Of a stretch of 64,000 bases of DNA, positions 1 through 11,650 are shown in pieces (position 1 is the first letter of the stretch; every line of letters starts with the position of its first letter). The notes beneath the pieces were generated by a model. That model was given only the letters and a program-made list of their open reading frames with translations. It was not told the origin of the DNA and did not search any database. Both the position numbers and the translations under genes were made by a program. The DNA comes from Octopus sinensis (Eukaryota): the NCBI RefSeq assembly GCF_006345805.1, contig NC_043025.1, positions 16,988,001 to 17,052,000 of the forward strand. Reading direction: 5' to 3'.

Positions 1-3000
1 TTTACCTAACAGATCACAAAATTTTTTTTTGTTTTCAAGTACACATTTGAAATATTTTGACATTTTCTAACCTGAAAACTTTTGAGAATTTAGTGATCTC
101 TTGGATAAATATAAGCTTATTATCACTCATATAGCTTATATTTACCTAACAGATCACAAAATTTTTTTTTGTTTTTCAAGTACACATTTGAAATATTTTG
201 ACATTTTCTAACCTGAAAACTTTTGAGAATTTAGTGATCTCTTGGATAAATATAAGCTTATTATCACTCATATAGCTTATATTTACCTAACAGACAACAA
301 ATTTTTTTTTTTTTTCAAGTACACATTTGAAATATTTTGACATTTTCTAACCTGAAAACTTTTGAGAATTTAGTGATCTCTTGGATAAATATAAGCTTAT
401 TATCACTCATATAGCTTATATTACCTAACAGATCACAAAATTTTTTTTGTTTTTCAAGTACACATTTGAAATATTTTGACATTTTCTAACCTGAAAACTT
501 TTGAGAATTTAGTGATCTCTTGGATAAATATAAGCTTATTATCACTCATATAGCTTATATTTACCTAACAGATCACAAAATTTTTTTTTGTTTTTCAAGT
601 ACACATTTGAAATATTTTGACATTTTCTAACCTGAAAACTTTTGAGAATTTAGTGATCTCTTGGATAAATATAAGCTTATTATCACTCAGTTAACTTATA
701 TTTATCTAACAGATCACAAAATTTTTTTTGTTTTTCAAGTACACATTTGAAATATTTTGACATTTTCTAACCTGAAAACTTTTGAGAATTTAGTGATCTC
801 TTGGATAAATATAAGCTTATTATCACTCATATAGCTTATATTTACCTAACAGATCACAAATTTTTTTTTGTTTTTCAAGTACACATTTGAAATATTTTGA
901 CATTTTCTAACCTGAAAACTTTTGAGAATTTAGTGATCTCTTGGATAAATATAAGCTTATTATCACTCATATAGCTTATATTACCTAACAGACAAAAATT
1001 TTTTTTTTGTTTTTCAAGTACACATTTGAAATATTTTGACATTTTCTAACCTGAAAACTTTTGAGAATTTAGTGATCTCTTGGATAAATATAAGCTTATT
1101 ATCACTCATATAGCTTATATTTACCTAACAGATCACAAAATTTTTTTTGTTTTTCAAGTACACATTTGAATATTTTGACATTTTTCTAACCTGAAAACTT
1201 TTGAGAATTTAGTGATCTCTTGGATAAATATAAGCTTATTATCACTCATATAGCTTATATTTACCTAACAGACCACAAAATTTTTTTTGTTTTTCAAGTA
1301 CACATTTGAAATATTTTGACATTTTCTAACCTGAAAACTTTTGAGAATTTAGTGATCTCTTGGATAAATATAAGCTTATTATCACTCATATAGCTTATAT
1401 TTTCCTAACAGATCACAAAATTTTTTTTTGTTTTTCAAGTACACATTTGAAATATTTTGACATTTTCTAACCTGAAAACTTTTGAGAATTTAGTGATCTC
1501 TTGGATAAATATAAGCTTATTATCACTCATATAGCTTATATTTACCTAACAGATCACAAATTTTTTTTTCTTTTCAAGTACACATTTGAAATATTTTGAC
1601 ATTTTCTAACCTGAAAACTTTTGAGAATTTAGTGATCTCTTGGATAAATATAAGCTTATTATCACTCATATAGCTTATATTTACCTAACAGACACCAAAA
1701 TTTTTTTTTTTTTTTCAAGTACACATTTGAAATATTTTGACATTTTCTAACCTGAAACTTTTGAGAATTTAGTGATCTCTTGGATAAATATAAGCTTATT
1801 ATCACTCATATAGCTTATATTTACCTAACAGATCAACAAATTTTTTTTTTTTTTTCAAGTACACATTTGAAATATTTTGACATTTCTAACCTGAAACTTT
1901 TGAGAATTTAGTATCTCTTGGATAAATATACTTATTATCACTCATATAGCTTAATATTTACCTAAGAGATCACAAAATTTTTTTTTGTTTTTCAAGTACA
2001 CATTTGAAATATTTTGACATTTTCTAACCTGAAAACTTTTGAGAATTTAGTGATCTCTTGGGTAAATATAAGCTTATTATCACTCAGTTAACTTATATTT
2101 ATCTAACAGATAACAAAATTTTTTTTTGTTTTTTAAGTACACTTTTGAAATATTTTGACATTTTCTAACCTGAAAACGTTTGAGAATTTAGTGATCTCTT
2201 GGATAAATATAAGCTTATTATCACTCATATAGCTTATATCTACCTAACAGATCACAAAATTTTTTTTTGTTTTTCAAGTACACATTTGAAATATTTGTGT
2301 TTTTCTAACCAAATCTTTTCAGATTTAGTGATCTCTTGGATAATATAAGCTTATTATCACTCATATAGCTACAGATCCACAAAATTTTTTTTTGTTTTCT
2401 AAGTCACACATTGTGTAATAAATTTGTGACCTTTTTTCTACAACCTAAAACTTTGAGAATTTAGGATCTCTTGGCAATATCATAAGGTCTTATATCACTC
2501 TATAGCTAGATATTTACAGCCAACAACACATATTTTTTTTTGTTTTGGTGACACATTTGAAATATTTTGACCATTTCTAACCTGAAAACTTTTGAGGTAT
2601 TTAGTGATCTCTTGGATAAATATAAGCTTATATCACTCAGTTACAACTTATATTACCTAACAGATCGCAAATTTTTTTCTCTTTCCCGTACACATATGAA
2701 ATATTTTGTATTTTCTAACCTGAAACTTTGAGAAATTTAGTGATCTCTTGGAAAATACAATATTAGATTATATCTCGTATTAGCTATTTACCTAAGAGAT
2801 CCAAAATTTTTTTTTTTTTCAAGTTATGACATGAAATATTTTGACATTTTCTAACCTGAAAAATTTTGAGAATTAGAGAAGATCTATGGATAAATAAAAG
2901 CTTATTGTCACTCAGTAACTTATATTTATCTAACAGATCACAAAATTTTTTAGTTAGTTTTTCAAGTACACATTTGAAATATTTTGACTTTTTTCTAACT

Positions 3001-4715
3001 GAAAACTTTTGAGAATATAGTGATCTCTTGGAAAAATATAGAGTATTATTATCACTCATATATCATCACCGCACAGACAACAAATTTTTTTTTGTTTTTC
3101 AAGTACACACATTTGAATATTTTGACATTTTCTAACTGAAAACTTTTGAGAATTTAGTGATCTCTTGGATAAATATTAGCTTATTATCACTCATAAGCTT
3201 TATTTATCTACACAGACAACAATTTTTTTTTTTGGTTTTTCTACAAACATTGAAATATTTTGACATTTTCTAACCTGAAAACTTTTGAGAATTTAGTGAT
3301 CTCTTGGATAAATATAAGCTTATTATCACTCATATAGCTTATATTTCCTAACAGATCACAAAATGTCTTTTTGTTTTTCAAGTACACATTTGAAATATTT
3401 TGACATTTTCTAACCTGAAAACTTTTGAGAATTAGTGATCTCTTGGATAAATTAAGCTTATTATCTCTCATATAGCTATATATTTATAACAGACCACAAA
3501 ATTTCTTTTGTTTTTCAAGTACACATTTGAATATTTTGACATTTCTAACCTGAAAACTTTTGAGAATTTAGTGATCTCTTGGATAAATATAAGCTTATTA
3601 TCACTCATATGCCTATATTTTCCTAACAGATCACAAAATTTTTTTGTTTTTCAAGTACACATTTGAAATATTTTGACATTTTCTAACCTGAAAACTTTTG
3701 GAGATTTAGTGATCTCTGGATAAATATAAGCTTATTATCACTCATATAGCTTATACTTACCTAACAGATCTTAAAATTTTTTTTCTTTTTCAAGTAGACA
3801 TTTGAAATATTTTGACATTTTCTGACCTGAAAACTTTTGAGAATTTAGTGATCTCTTGGATAAATATAAGCTTATTATCCCTCATATATCTTATATTCAC
3901 CTCACAGACAACAAAATTTTTTTTTGTTTTTCAAGTACACATTTGAAATATTTTGACATTTTCTAACCTGAAAACGTTTGAGAATTTAGTGATCTCTTGG
4001 ATAAATATTAGCTTATTGTCACTCATATAGCTTATATTTACCTAACAGACAACAAATTTTTTTTTTTTTTTCAAGTACACATTTGAAATATTTTGACAAT
4101 TTCTAACCTGAAAACTTTTGAGAATTTAGTAATCTCTTGGATAAATATTAGCTTATTATCACTCATATAGCTAATATTTACCTAAGAGATCACAAAATTT
4201 TTTTTGTTTTTCAAGAATACATTTGAAATGTTTTGACATTTTCTAACCTGAAAACATTTGAGAATTTAGTGATCTCTTGGGTAAATATAAGCTTATTTTC
4301 ACTCAGTTAACTTATGTTTATCTAACAGATAACAAAATTTTTTTTTGTTTTTTAAGTACACTTTTGAAATATTTTGACATTTTCTAACCTGAAAACTTTT
4401 GAGAATTTAGTGATCTCTTGGATAAATATAAGATTATTATCACTCATATAGCTTTATCTACCTAACAGATCACAAATTTTTTTTGTTTTCAGTACATTTG
4501 TAATATTTTGTGTTTTTCTAACTGAATCCTTTCAGGACTTTAGTGATCTCTTGGATAAATTAAGACTTATTATCATATATAGCTAACAGATCACAAATTT
4601 TTTTTGTTTTTCAAGTACACATTTGTATAATTGAGTTTTTCTAACCTGAAAACTTTTGAGAATTTAGCGATCTCTTGGATAAATATAAGCTTATTATCAC
4701 TCATATAGCTAACAG
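1..4715 (+). repeat. Sat140 tandem satellite array, forward orientation (arbitrary), 'catatagct' subtype, ~34 monomers
   Basis: TTTACCTAACAGATCAC recurs at 1 and 141 (period 140). Consensus: tttacctaacagatcacaaaatttttttttgtttttcaagtacacatttgaaatattttgacattttctaacctgaaaacttttgagaatttagtgatctcttggataaatataagcttattatcactcatatagcttata. Monomers are near-identical over 1-1900 and noisy over ~2280-3260. Confidence 0.98.
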
Positions 4716-4815
4716 NNNNNNNNNNNNNNNNNNNNNNNNNNNNNNNNNNNNNNNNNNNNNNNNNNNNNNNNNNNNNNNNNNNNNNNNNNNNNNNNNNNNN
4801 NNNNNNNNNNNNNNN
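4716..4815. other. Assembly gap (100 N)
   Basis: Run of exactly 100 N, typical of a fixed-size scaffolding gap. Confidence 0.99.
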
Positions 4816-6049
4816 TGTGATCTGTTAGGTAAATATAAGATATATGAGTGATAATAAGCTTATATTTATCCATGAGATCACAAAATTCTCAAAAGTTTTC
4901 AGGTTAGAAAATGTCAAAATATTTCAAATGTGTACTTGAATAAAAAAAAAATTTGTTATCTCTTAGGTAAATATAATCTATATGAGTGATAATAAGCTTA
5001 TATTTATCCAAGAGACCACTAATTTCTCAAATGTGTACTTGAAAAATAAAAAAAAAATTTGCGATCTTTTCGGTAAATATAAGCTATATGAGTGATGATA
5101 ATAAGTTTATATTTATCCAAGAGATCACTAAATTCTCAAAAGATTTCAGGTTAGAAAATCTCTAAATATTTCCAATGTGTACTTGAAACACAAAAAAAAA
5201 TTTTGTGATCTGTTAGGTAAATATAAATTTAGTGAGTGAAAAAAGGCTCATATTTATCCAAGAGATCACTAAACTCTCAAAAGTTGAAAAACAAAAAAAA
5301 ATTTTGTGATCTGTCATGTAAATATAAATTTAGTGAGTGAAAAAAGGCTTATATTTATCCAAGAGATCACTAAACTCTCAAAAGTTTTCAGGTTAGACAA
5401 TGTCAAATTATTGCACATGTGTACTTGATAAACAAAAAAAAATTTTGTTGTCTGCTAGGTAAATATAAGTTATATGAGTGATAACAAGCTTATATTTATC
5501 CAAGAGATCACGAAATTCTCAAAAGTTTTCAGGTTGGAAAATGTCAAAATATTTCCAATATGTACTTGAAAAACAAAAAAAAAATTTGTGATCTGTTAGG
5601 TATATATATGTTAACTGAGTAATAATAAGTTCATATTTATCTAAGCGATCACTAAATTCTTAAATATTTTAGGTTAGAAAATGTCAAAATATTTCAAATG
5701 TGTAATTGAAAAATAAAAAAAAATTTTGTGACCTGTTCGGTAAATATTAGTTAACTGAGTGATAATAATCCTATATTTATCCAAGAGATCACTAAATTCT
5801 CAAAAGATTTCATCTTAGACTGTCTCAAAATATTTCAAATGTGTTCTTGAAAAACAAAAAAAAAATTTGTGATCTGTTAGGTATATATAAATTAACTGAG
5901 TGATAATAACCTTATATTCATCCAAGAGATCACTAAATTCTCAAAAGTTTTCAGGTTGGAAAATGATAAAATATTTCAAATGTGTACTTGAAAATCAAAA
6001 AAAAATTTGTTATCTATTAGGTAAATATAAATTAACTGAGTGATAATAA

Positions 6050-6371
6050 AAAGGTAAAGACCCCCTTCGGTCATGAGTGACCATGCGTTTGCACCTAGAG
6101 AGTTACCCTCTGAGGCACAAGTCTGGTTAAGGTTGTTTTTTATGGAAGACCAGTAGTCGCCCATGCATACCGGCCTCCCCTCTCCACGCCACCTGTGTTA
6201 TCCAAGGGAAAGACAAAGGTCGATACAGCTTGGCACCTGTGACGTCGCAACTCATTTCTACAGCTGAGTGAACTGGAGCAACGTTAAATTCAGTGTCTTA
6301 CTCAAGAACACAACACGCAGCCCGGTCCGGGATTCGAGCTCACAACCTCACGATCGTAAGCTCGACGCTCT
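6050..6371 (-). mobile_element. tRNA-derived SINE, slightly 5'-truncated, with CORE-like segment; resembles octopus SINEs
   Basis: 322-bp GC-richer insert flanked by the direct repeat GTGATAATAA (6040-6049 and 6372-6381). The minus strand starts with tRNA-like AGAGCGTCGAGCTTACGATCGTGAGGTTGT, then a B-box-like GAGCTCGAATCCC (6329-6341), then CORE-like GTGTTCTTGAGTAAGACACTGA (6290-6311), and ends in ...TCTTTACCTTT. Most of the A box is missing. The family assignment is from memory, not a search. Confidence 0.85.
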
Positions 6372-7099
6372 GTGATAATAAGTTTATATTTATCCAAGAG
6401 ATCACTAAATTCTCAAAAGTTTTCAGGTTAGAAAATGCCAAAATATTTCAAACTTGTACTTGAAAATCTAAAAAAAATTTGTAATCTGTTAGATAAATAT
6501 AAGTTATATGAGTGATAATAAGCTTATATTTATCCAAGAGATCACTAAATTCTCAAAATTTTCAGGTTAGAAAATTTCAAATTATTTCAAATGTGTACTT
6601 GAAAAACAAAAAAAAATTTTGTGATGTGTTAGGTAAATATAAGTTAACTGAGTGATAATAACCTTATATTTATCCAAGACATCACTAAATTCTCAAAAGT
6701 TTTCAGGTTAGAAAATGTCAAAATATTTCAAATGTGTACTTGGAAAACAAAAAAAAATTTTGTAATCTATTAGGTAAATATAAGTTACCTGAGTGAAAAT
6801 AAGCTTATATTTATCCAAGAGATTACTAAATTCTCAAAAGTTTTCAGGTTAGAAAATTTCAAAATATTTCAAATGTGTACTTGAAAAATAAAAAAAAATT
6901 TGTGATCTGTTAGGTAAATATAAGATAACTCAGTGATAATAAGCTCATATTTATCCAAGAGATCACTAAATTCTCAAACGATTTCAGGTTAGAAAATGTC
7001 AAAATATTTCAAATGTGTAGTTCAAAGACAAAAAAAAATTTTGTTATCTGTTAGGTAAATATAAATTAACTCAGTGATAATAAGCTTATATTTATCCAA

Positions 7100-10000
7100 G
7101 AGATCACTAAATTCTCAAAAGTTTTCAGGTTACAAAATGTCAAAATATTTCAAACCTGTACTTGAAAAACAAAAAAAAATTTTGTGAGCTGTTAGGTAAA
7201 TATAAATTAACTGAGTCATAATAAGCAAATATTTATCCAAGAGATCACTAAATTCTCAAAAGTTTTTAGGTTAGAAAATGTCAAAATATTTCACATGTGT
7301 ACTTGAAAAACAAAAAAAAAATTCGTGATCCTTTAGATAAATTTATGTTAACTGTGTGATACAAAACATATATTTATAAAAAATTTTATCAAAGAGATGG
7401 CAAAATTCTCAAAAGTTTTCAGGTTAGAAAATGTCAAAATATTTCAAATATGTACTTGAAAAACAAAAAATATTTCTCGATCTGTTAGGTAATATCAGTT
7501 AACTGAGTCATTATAAGCTGATATTTAACAAGAGATCACTAAATTCTCAAAAGTTTTCAGGTAGAAAATGTCAATAATATTCAAATATGTACTTGAAAAA
7601 CAAGAAAAAATTTCGTGATCTGTTAGGTAATATAAGTTAACTGAGTGATAATAAGCTTATATTTAACCAAGTGATCACTAAATTCTCAAAAGTTTTCAGG
7701 TTAGAAAATGTCAAAATATTTCAAATGTGTACTGAACAACAAAAAAAAATTTTGTGAGCTGTAGGTAAATATAAATAAACTGAGTTATAATAAGCTTATA
7801 TTTATCCAAGAGATCACTAAATTCTCAAAAGTTTTTAGGTTAGAAAATGTCAAAATATTTTCAAAATGTGTACTTGGAAAAGAAAAAAAAAATTTGTAAT
7901 CTGTTAGGTAAATATAAGTTACCTGAGTGATTATAAGCTTATATTATCCAACAGATCACTAAATTCTCAAAAGTTTTCAGGTTAGAAAATTTCAAAAAAT
8001 TTCAAATGTGTACTTGAAAAACAAAAAAAAATTTGTGATCTGTTAGGTAAATATAAGTTAACTCAGTGATAATAAGCTTATATTTATCCAAGAGATCACT
8101 AAATTCCCAAAAGATTTCATGTTAGAAAATGTCAAAATATTTCAAATGTGTACTTCAAAGACAAAAAAAAATTTTGTTATCTGTAAGGTAAATATAAATT
8201 AACTCAGTGATATAAGATTATATTATCCAAGAGATCACTAAATTCTCAAAAGTTTTCACGTTAGAAAATGTCAAAATATTTCAAATGTGTACTTGAAAAA
8301 CAAAAAAAATTTTGTTGTCTGATAGGTATTATAAGCTATATGAGTGACAATAGCTTATATTTATTCAAGAGATCACTAAATTCTCAATTTTTAAGTTCAG
8401 GTTAGAAAATGTCAAAATATTCAAAGTGTACTTAAAATCGAAAAAGAAATTTTGTTGTCTGATAGGTAATTATAAGCTATATGAGTGATAATAAGCTTAT
8501 ATTTATCCAAGAGATCACTAAATTCTCAAAAGTTTTCAGGTTAGAAAATGTCAAAATATTCAAACCAGTACTTGAAAAACAAAAAAAAAATTGTGGAGCT
8601 GTTAGGTAAATATAATAACTGAGTCATAATAAGCAAATATTTATCCAAGAGATCACTAAATTCTCAAAAGTTTTTAGGTTAGAAAATGTCAAAATATTTC
8701 ACATGTGTACTTGAAAAACAAAAAAAAATTCGTGATCCTTTAGATAAATTTATGTTAACTGTGTGATACAAAACATATATTTATAAAAAATTTTATCAAA
8801 GAGATGGCAAAATTCTCAAAAGTTTTCAGGTTAGAAAATGTCAAAATATTTCAAATATGTACTTGAAAAACAAAAAATATTTCTCGATCTGTTAGGTAAT
8901 ATCAGTTAACTGAGTCATTATAAGCTGATATTTAACCAAGAGATCACTAAATTCTCAAAAGTTTTCAGGTTAGAAAATGTCAAAATAATTCAAATATGTA
9001 CTTGAAAAACAAGAAAAAATTTCGTGATCTGTTAGGTAAATATAAGTTAACTGAGTGATAATAAGCTTATATTTAACCAAGTGATCACTAAATTCTCAAA
9101 AGTTTTCAGGTTAGAAAATGTCAAAATATTTCAAATGTGTACTTGAACAACAAAAAAAAATTTTGTGAGCTGTTAGGTAAATATAAATTAACTGAGTTAT
9201 AATAAGCTTATATTTATCCAAGAGATCACTAAATTCTCAAAAGTTTTTAGGTTAGAAAATGTCAAAATATTTCAAATGTGTACTTGGAAAAGAAAAAAAA
9301 AAATTGTAATCTGTTAGGTAAATATAAGTTACCTGAGTGATTATAAGCTTATATTTATCCAACAGATCACTAAATTCTCAAAAGTTTTCAGGTTAGAAAA
9401 TTTCAAAAAATTTCAAATGTGTACTTGAAAAACAAAAAAAAATTTGTGATCTGTAGGTAAATATAAGTTAACTCAGTGATAATAAGCTTATATTTATCCA
9501 AGAGATCACTAAATTCCCAAAAGATTTCATGTTAGAAAATGTCAAAATATTTCAAATGTGTACTTCAAAGACAAAAAAAATTTTGTTATCTGTAAGGTAA
9601 ATATAATTAACTCAGTGATAATAAGATTATATTTATCCAAGAGATCACTAAATTCTCAAAAGTTTTCACGTTAGAAAATGTCAAAATATTTCAAATGTGT
9701 ACTTGAAAAACAAAAAAAAATTTTGTTGTCTGATAGGTAATTATAAGCTATATGAGTGACAATAAGCTTATATTTATTCAAGAGATCACTAAATTCTCAA
9801 AAGTTTTCAGGTTAGAAAATGTCAAAATATTTCAATGTGTACTTAAAATAAAAAAAAATTTTGTTGTCTGATAGGTAATTATAAGCTATATGAGTGATAA
9901 TAAGCTTATATTTATCCAAGAGATCACTAAATTCTCAAAAGTTTTCAGGTTAGAAAATGTCAAAATATTCAAACCAGTACTTGAAAAAAAAAAAAAAATT

Positions 10001-11650
10001 TTGTGAGCTGTTAGGTAAATATAAATTAACTGAGTCATAATAAGCAAATATTTATCCAAGAGATCACTAAATTCTCAAAAGTTTTTAGGTTAGAAAATGT
10101 CAAAATATTTCACATGTGTACTTGAAAAAAAAAAAAAAATTCGTGATCCTTTAGATAAATTTATGTTAACTGTGTGATACAAAACATATATTTATAAAAA
10201 ATTTTATCAAAGAGATGGCAAAATTCTCAAAAGTTTTCAGGTTAGAAAATGTCAAAATATTTCAAATATGTACTTGAAAAACAAAAAATATTTCTCGATC
10301 TGTTAGGTAATATCAGTTAACTGAGTCATTATAAGCTGATATTTACCAAGAGATCACTAAATTCTCAAAAGTTTTCAGGTTAGAAAATGTCAAAATAATT
10401 CAAATATGTACTTGAAAAACAAGAAAAAATTCGTGATCTGTTAGGTAAATATAAGTAACTGAGTGATAATAAGCTTATATTTAACCAAGTGATCACTAAA
10501 TTCTCAAAAGTTTTCAGGTTAGAAAATGTCAAAATATTTCAAATGTGTACTTGAACAACAAAAAAAAATTTTGTGAGCTGTTAGGTAAATATAAATTAAC
10601 TGAGTTATAATAAGCTTATATTTATCCAAGAGATCACTAAATTCTCAAAAGTTTTTAGGTTAGAAAATGTCAAAATATTTCAAATGTGTACTTGGAAAAG
10701 AAAAAAAAAATTTGTAATCTGTTAGGTAAATATAAGTTACCTGAGTGATTATAAGCTTATATTTATCCAACAGATCACTAAATTCTCAAAAGTTTTCAGG
10801 TTAGAAAATTTCAAAAAATTTCAAATGTGTACTTGAAAAACAAAAAAAAATTTGTGATCTGTTAGGTAAATATAAGTTAACTCAGTGATAATAAGCTTAT
10901 ATTTATCCAAGAGATCACTAAATTCCCAAAAGATTTCATGTTAGAAAATGTCAAAATATTTCAAATGTGTACTTCAAAGACAAAAAAAAATTTTGTTATC
11001 TGTAAGGTAAATATAAATTAACTCAGTGATAATAAGATTATATTTATCCAAGAGATCACTAAATTCTCAAAAGTTTTCACGTTAGAAAATGTCAAAATAT
11101 TTCAAATGTGTACTTGAAAAACAAAAAAAAATTTTGTTGTCTGATAGGTAATTATAAGCTATATGAGTGACAATAAGCTTATATTTATTCAAGAGATCAC
11201 TAAATTCTCAAAAGTTTTCAGGTTAGAAAATGTCAAAATATTTCAAATGTGTACTTAAAATCGAAAAAGAAATTTTGTTGTCTGATAGGTAATTATAAGC
11301 TATATGAGTGATAATAAGCTTATATTTATCCAAGAGATCACTAAATTCTCAAAAGTTTTCAGGTTAGAAAATGTCAAAATATTTCAAACCAGTACTTGAA
11401 AAACAAAAAAAAATTTTGTGAGCTGTTAGGTAAATATAAATTAACTGAGTCATAATAAGCAAATATTTATCCAAGAGATCACAAAATTCTCAAAACTTTT
11501 TAGGTTAGAAAATGTCAAAATATTTCAAATGTGTACTTGAAATAGAAAAAAAAAATTCGTGATCCTTTAGATAAATTTATGTTAACTGTGTGATACAAAA
11601 CATATATCTATAAAAAATTTTATCAAAGAGATCGCTAAATTCTCAAAAGT
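7100..11650 (-). repeat. Higher-order repeat: ~1.41-kb 10-monomer unit, ~3.2 copies
   Basis: The diagnostic variant CTTTAGATAAATTTATGTTAACTGTGTGATACAAAACATATAT starts at 7331, 8738, 10149 and 11565 (spacings 1407, 1411, 1416). Other variants (TTCTCGATC, TTCCCAAAAGATTTCATG, TTTTCACG) recur in phase. Confidence 0.93.

Noticed and set aside
4716-4815. Orientation flips across the N gaps (also 48999-49098) as biological inversions
   Set aside because: Contig orientation and distance across fixed 100-N gaps in satellite DNA are unreliable.
6050-6062. CTTTACCTTT shared between the SINE tail and the Sat120 monomer
   Set aside because: A 10-bp low-complexity match with no extension on either side is insufficient to link this particular SINE to Sat120.
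5976-6164. 62-aa ORF on the minus strand
   Set aside because: It spans the SINE 3' end and runs into satellite, and has no recognisable domain.
6315-6371. Functional tRNA gene
   Set aside because: Only the 3' two-thirds of a tRNA-like sequence is present, the stems pair poorly, and it is the head of a TSD-flanked SINE.
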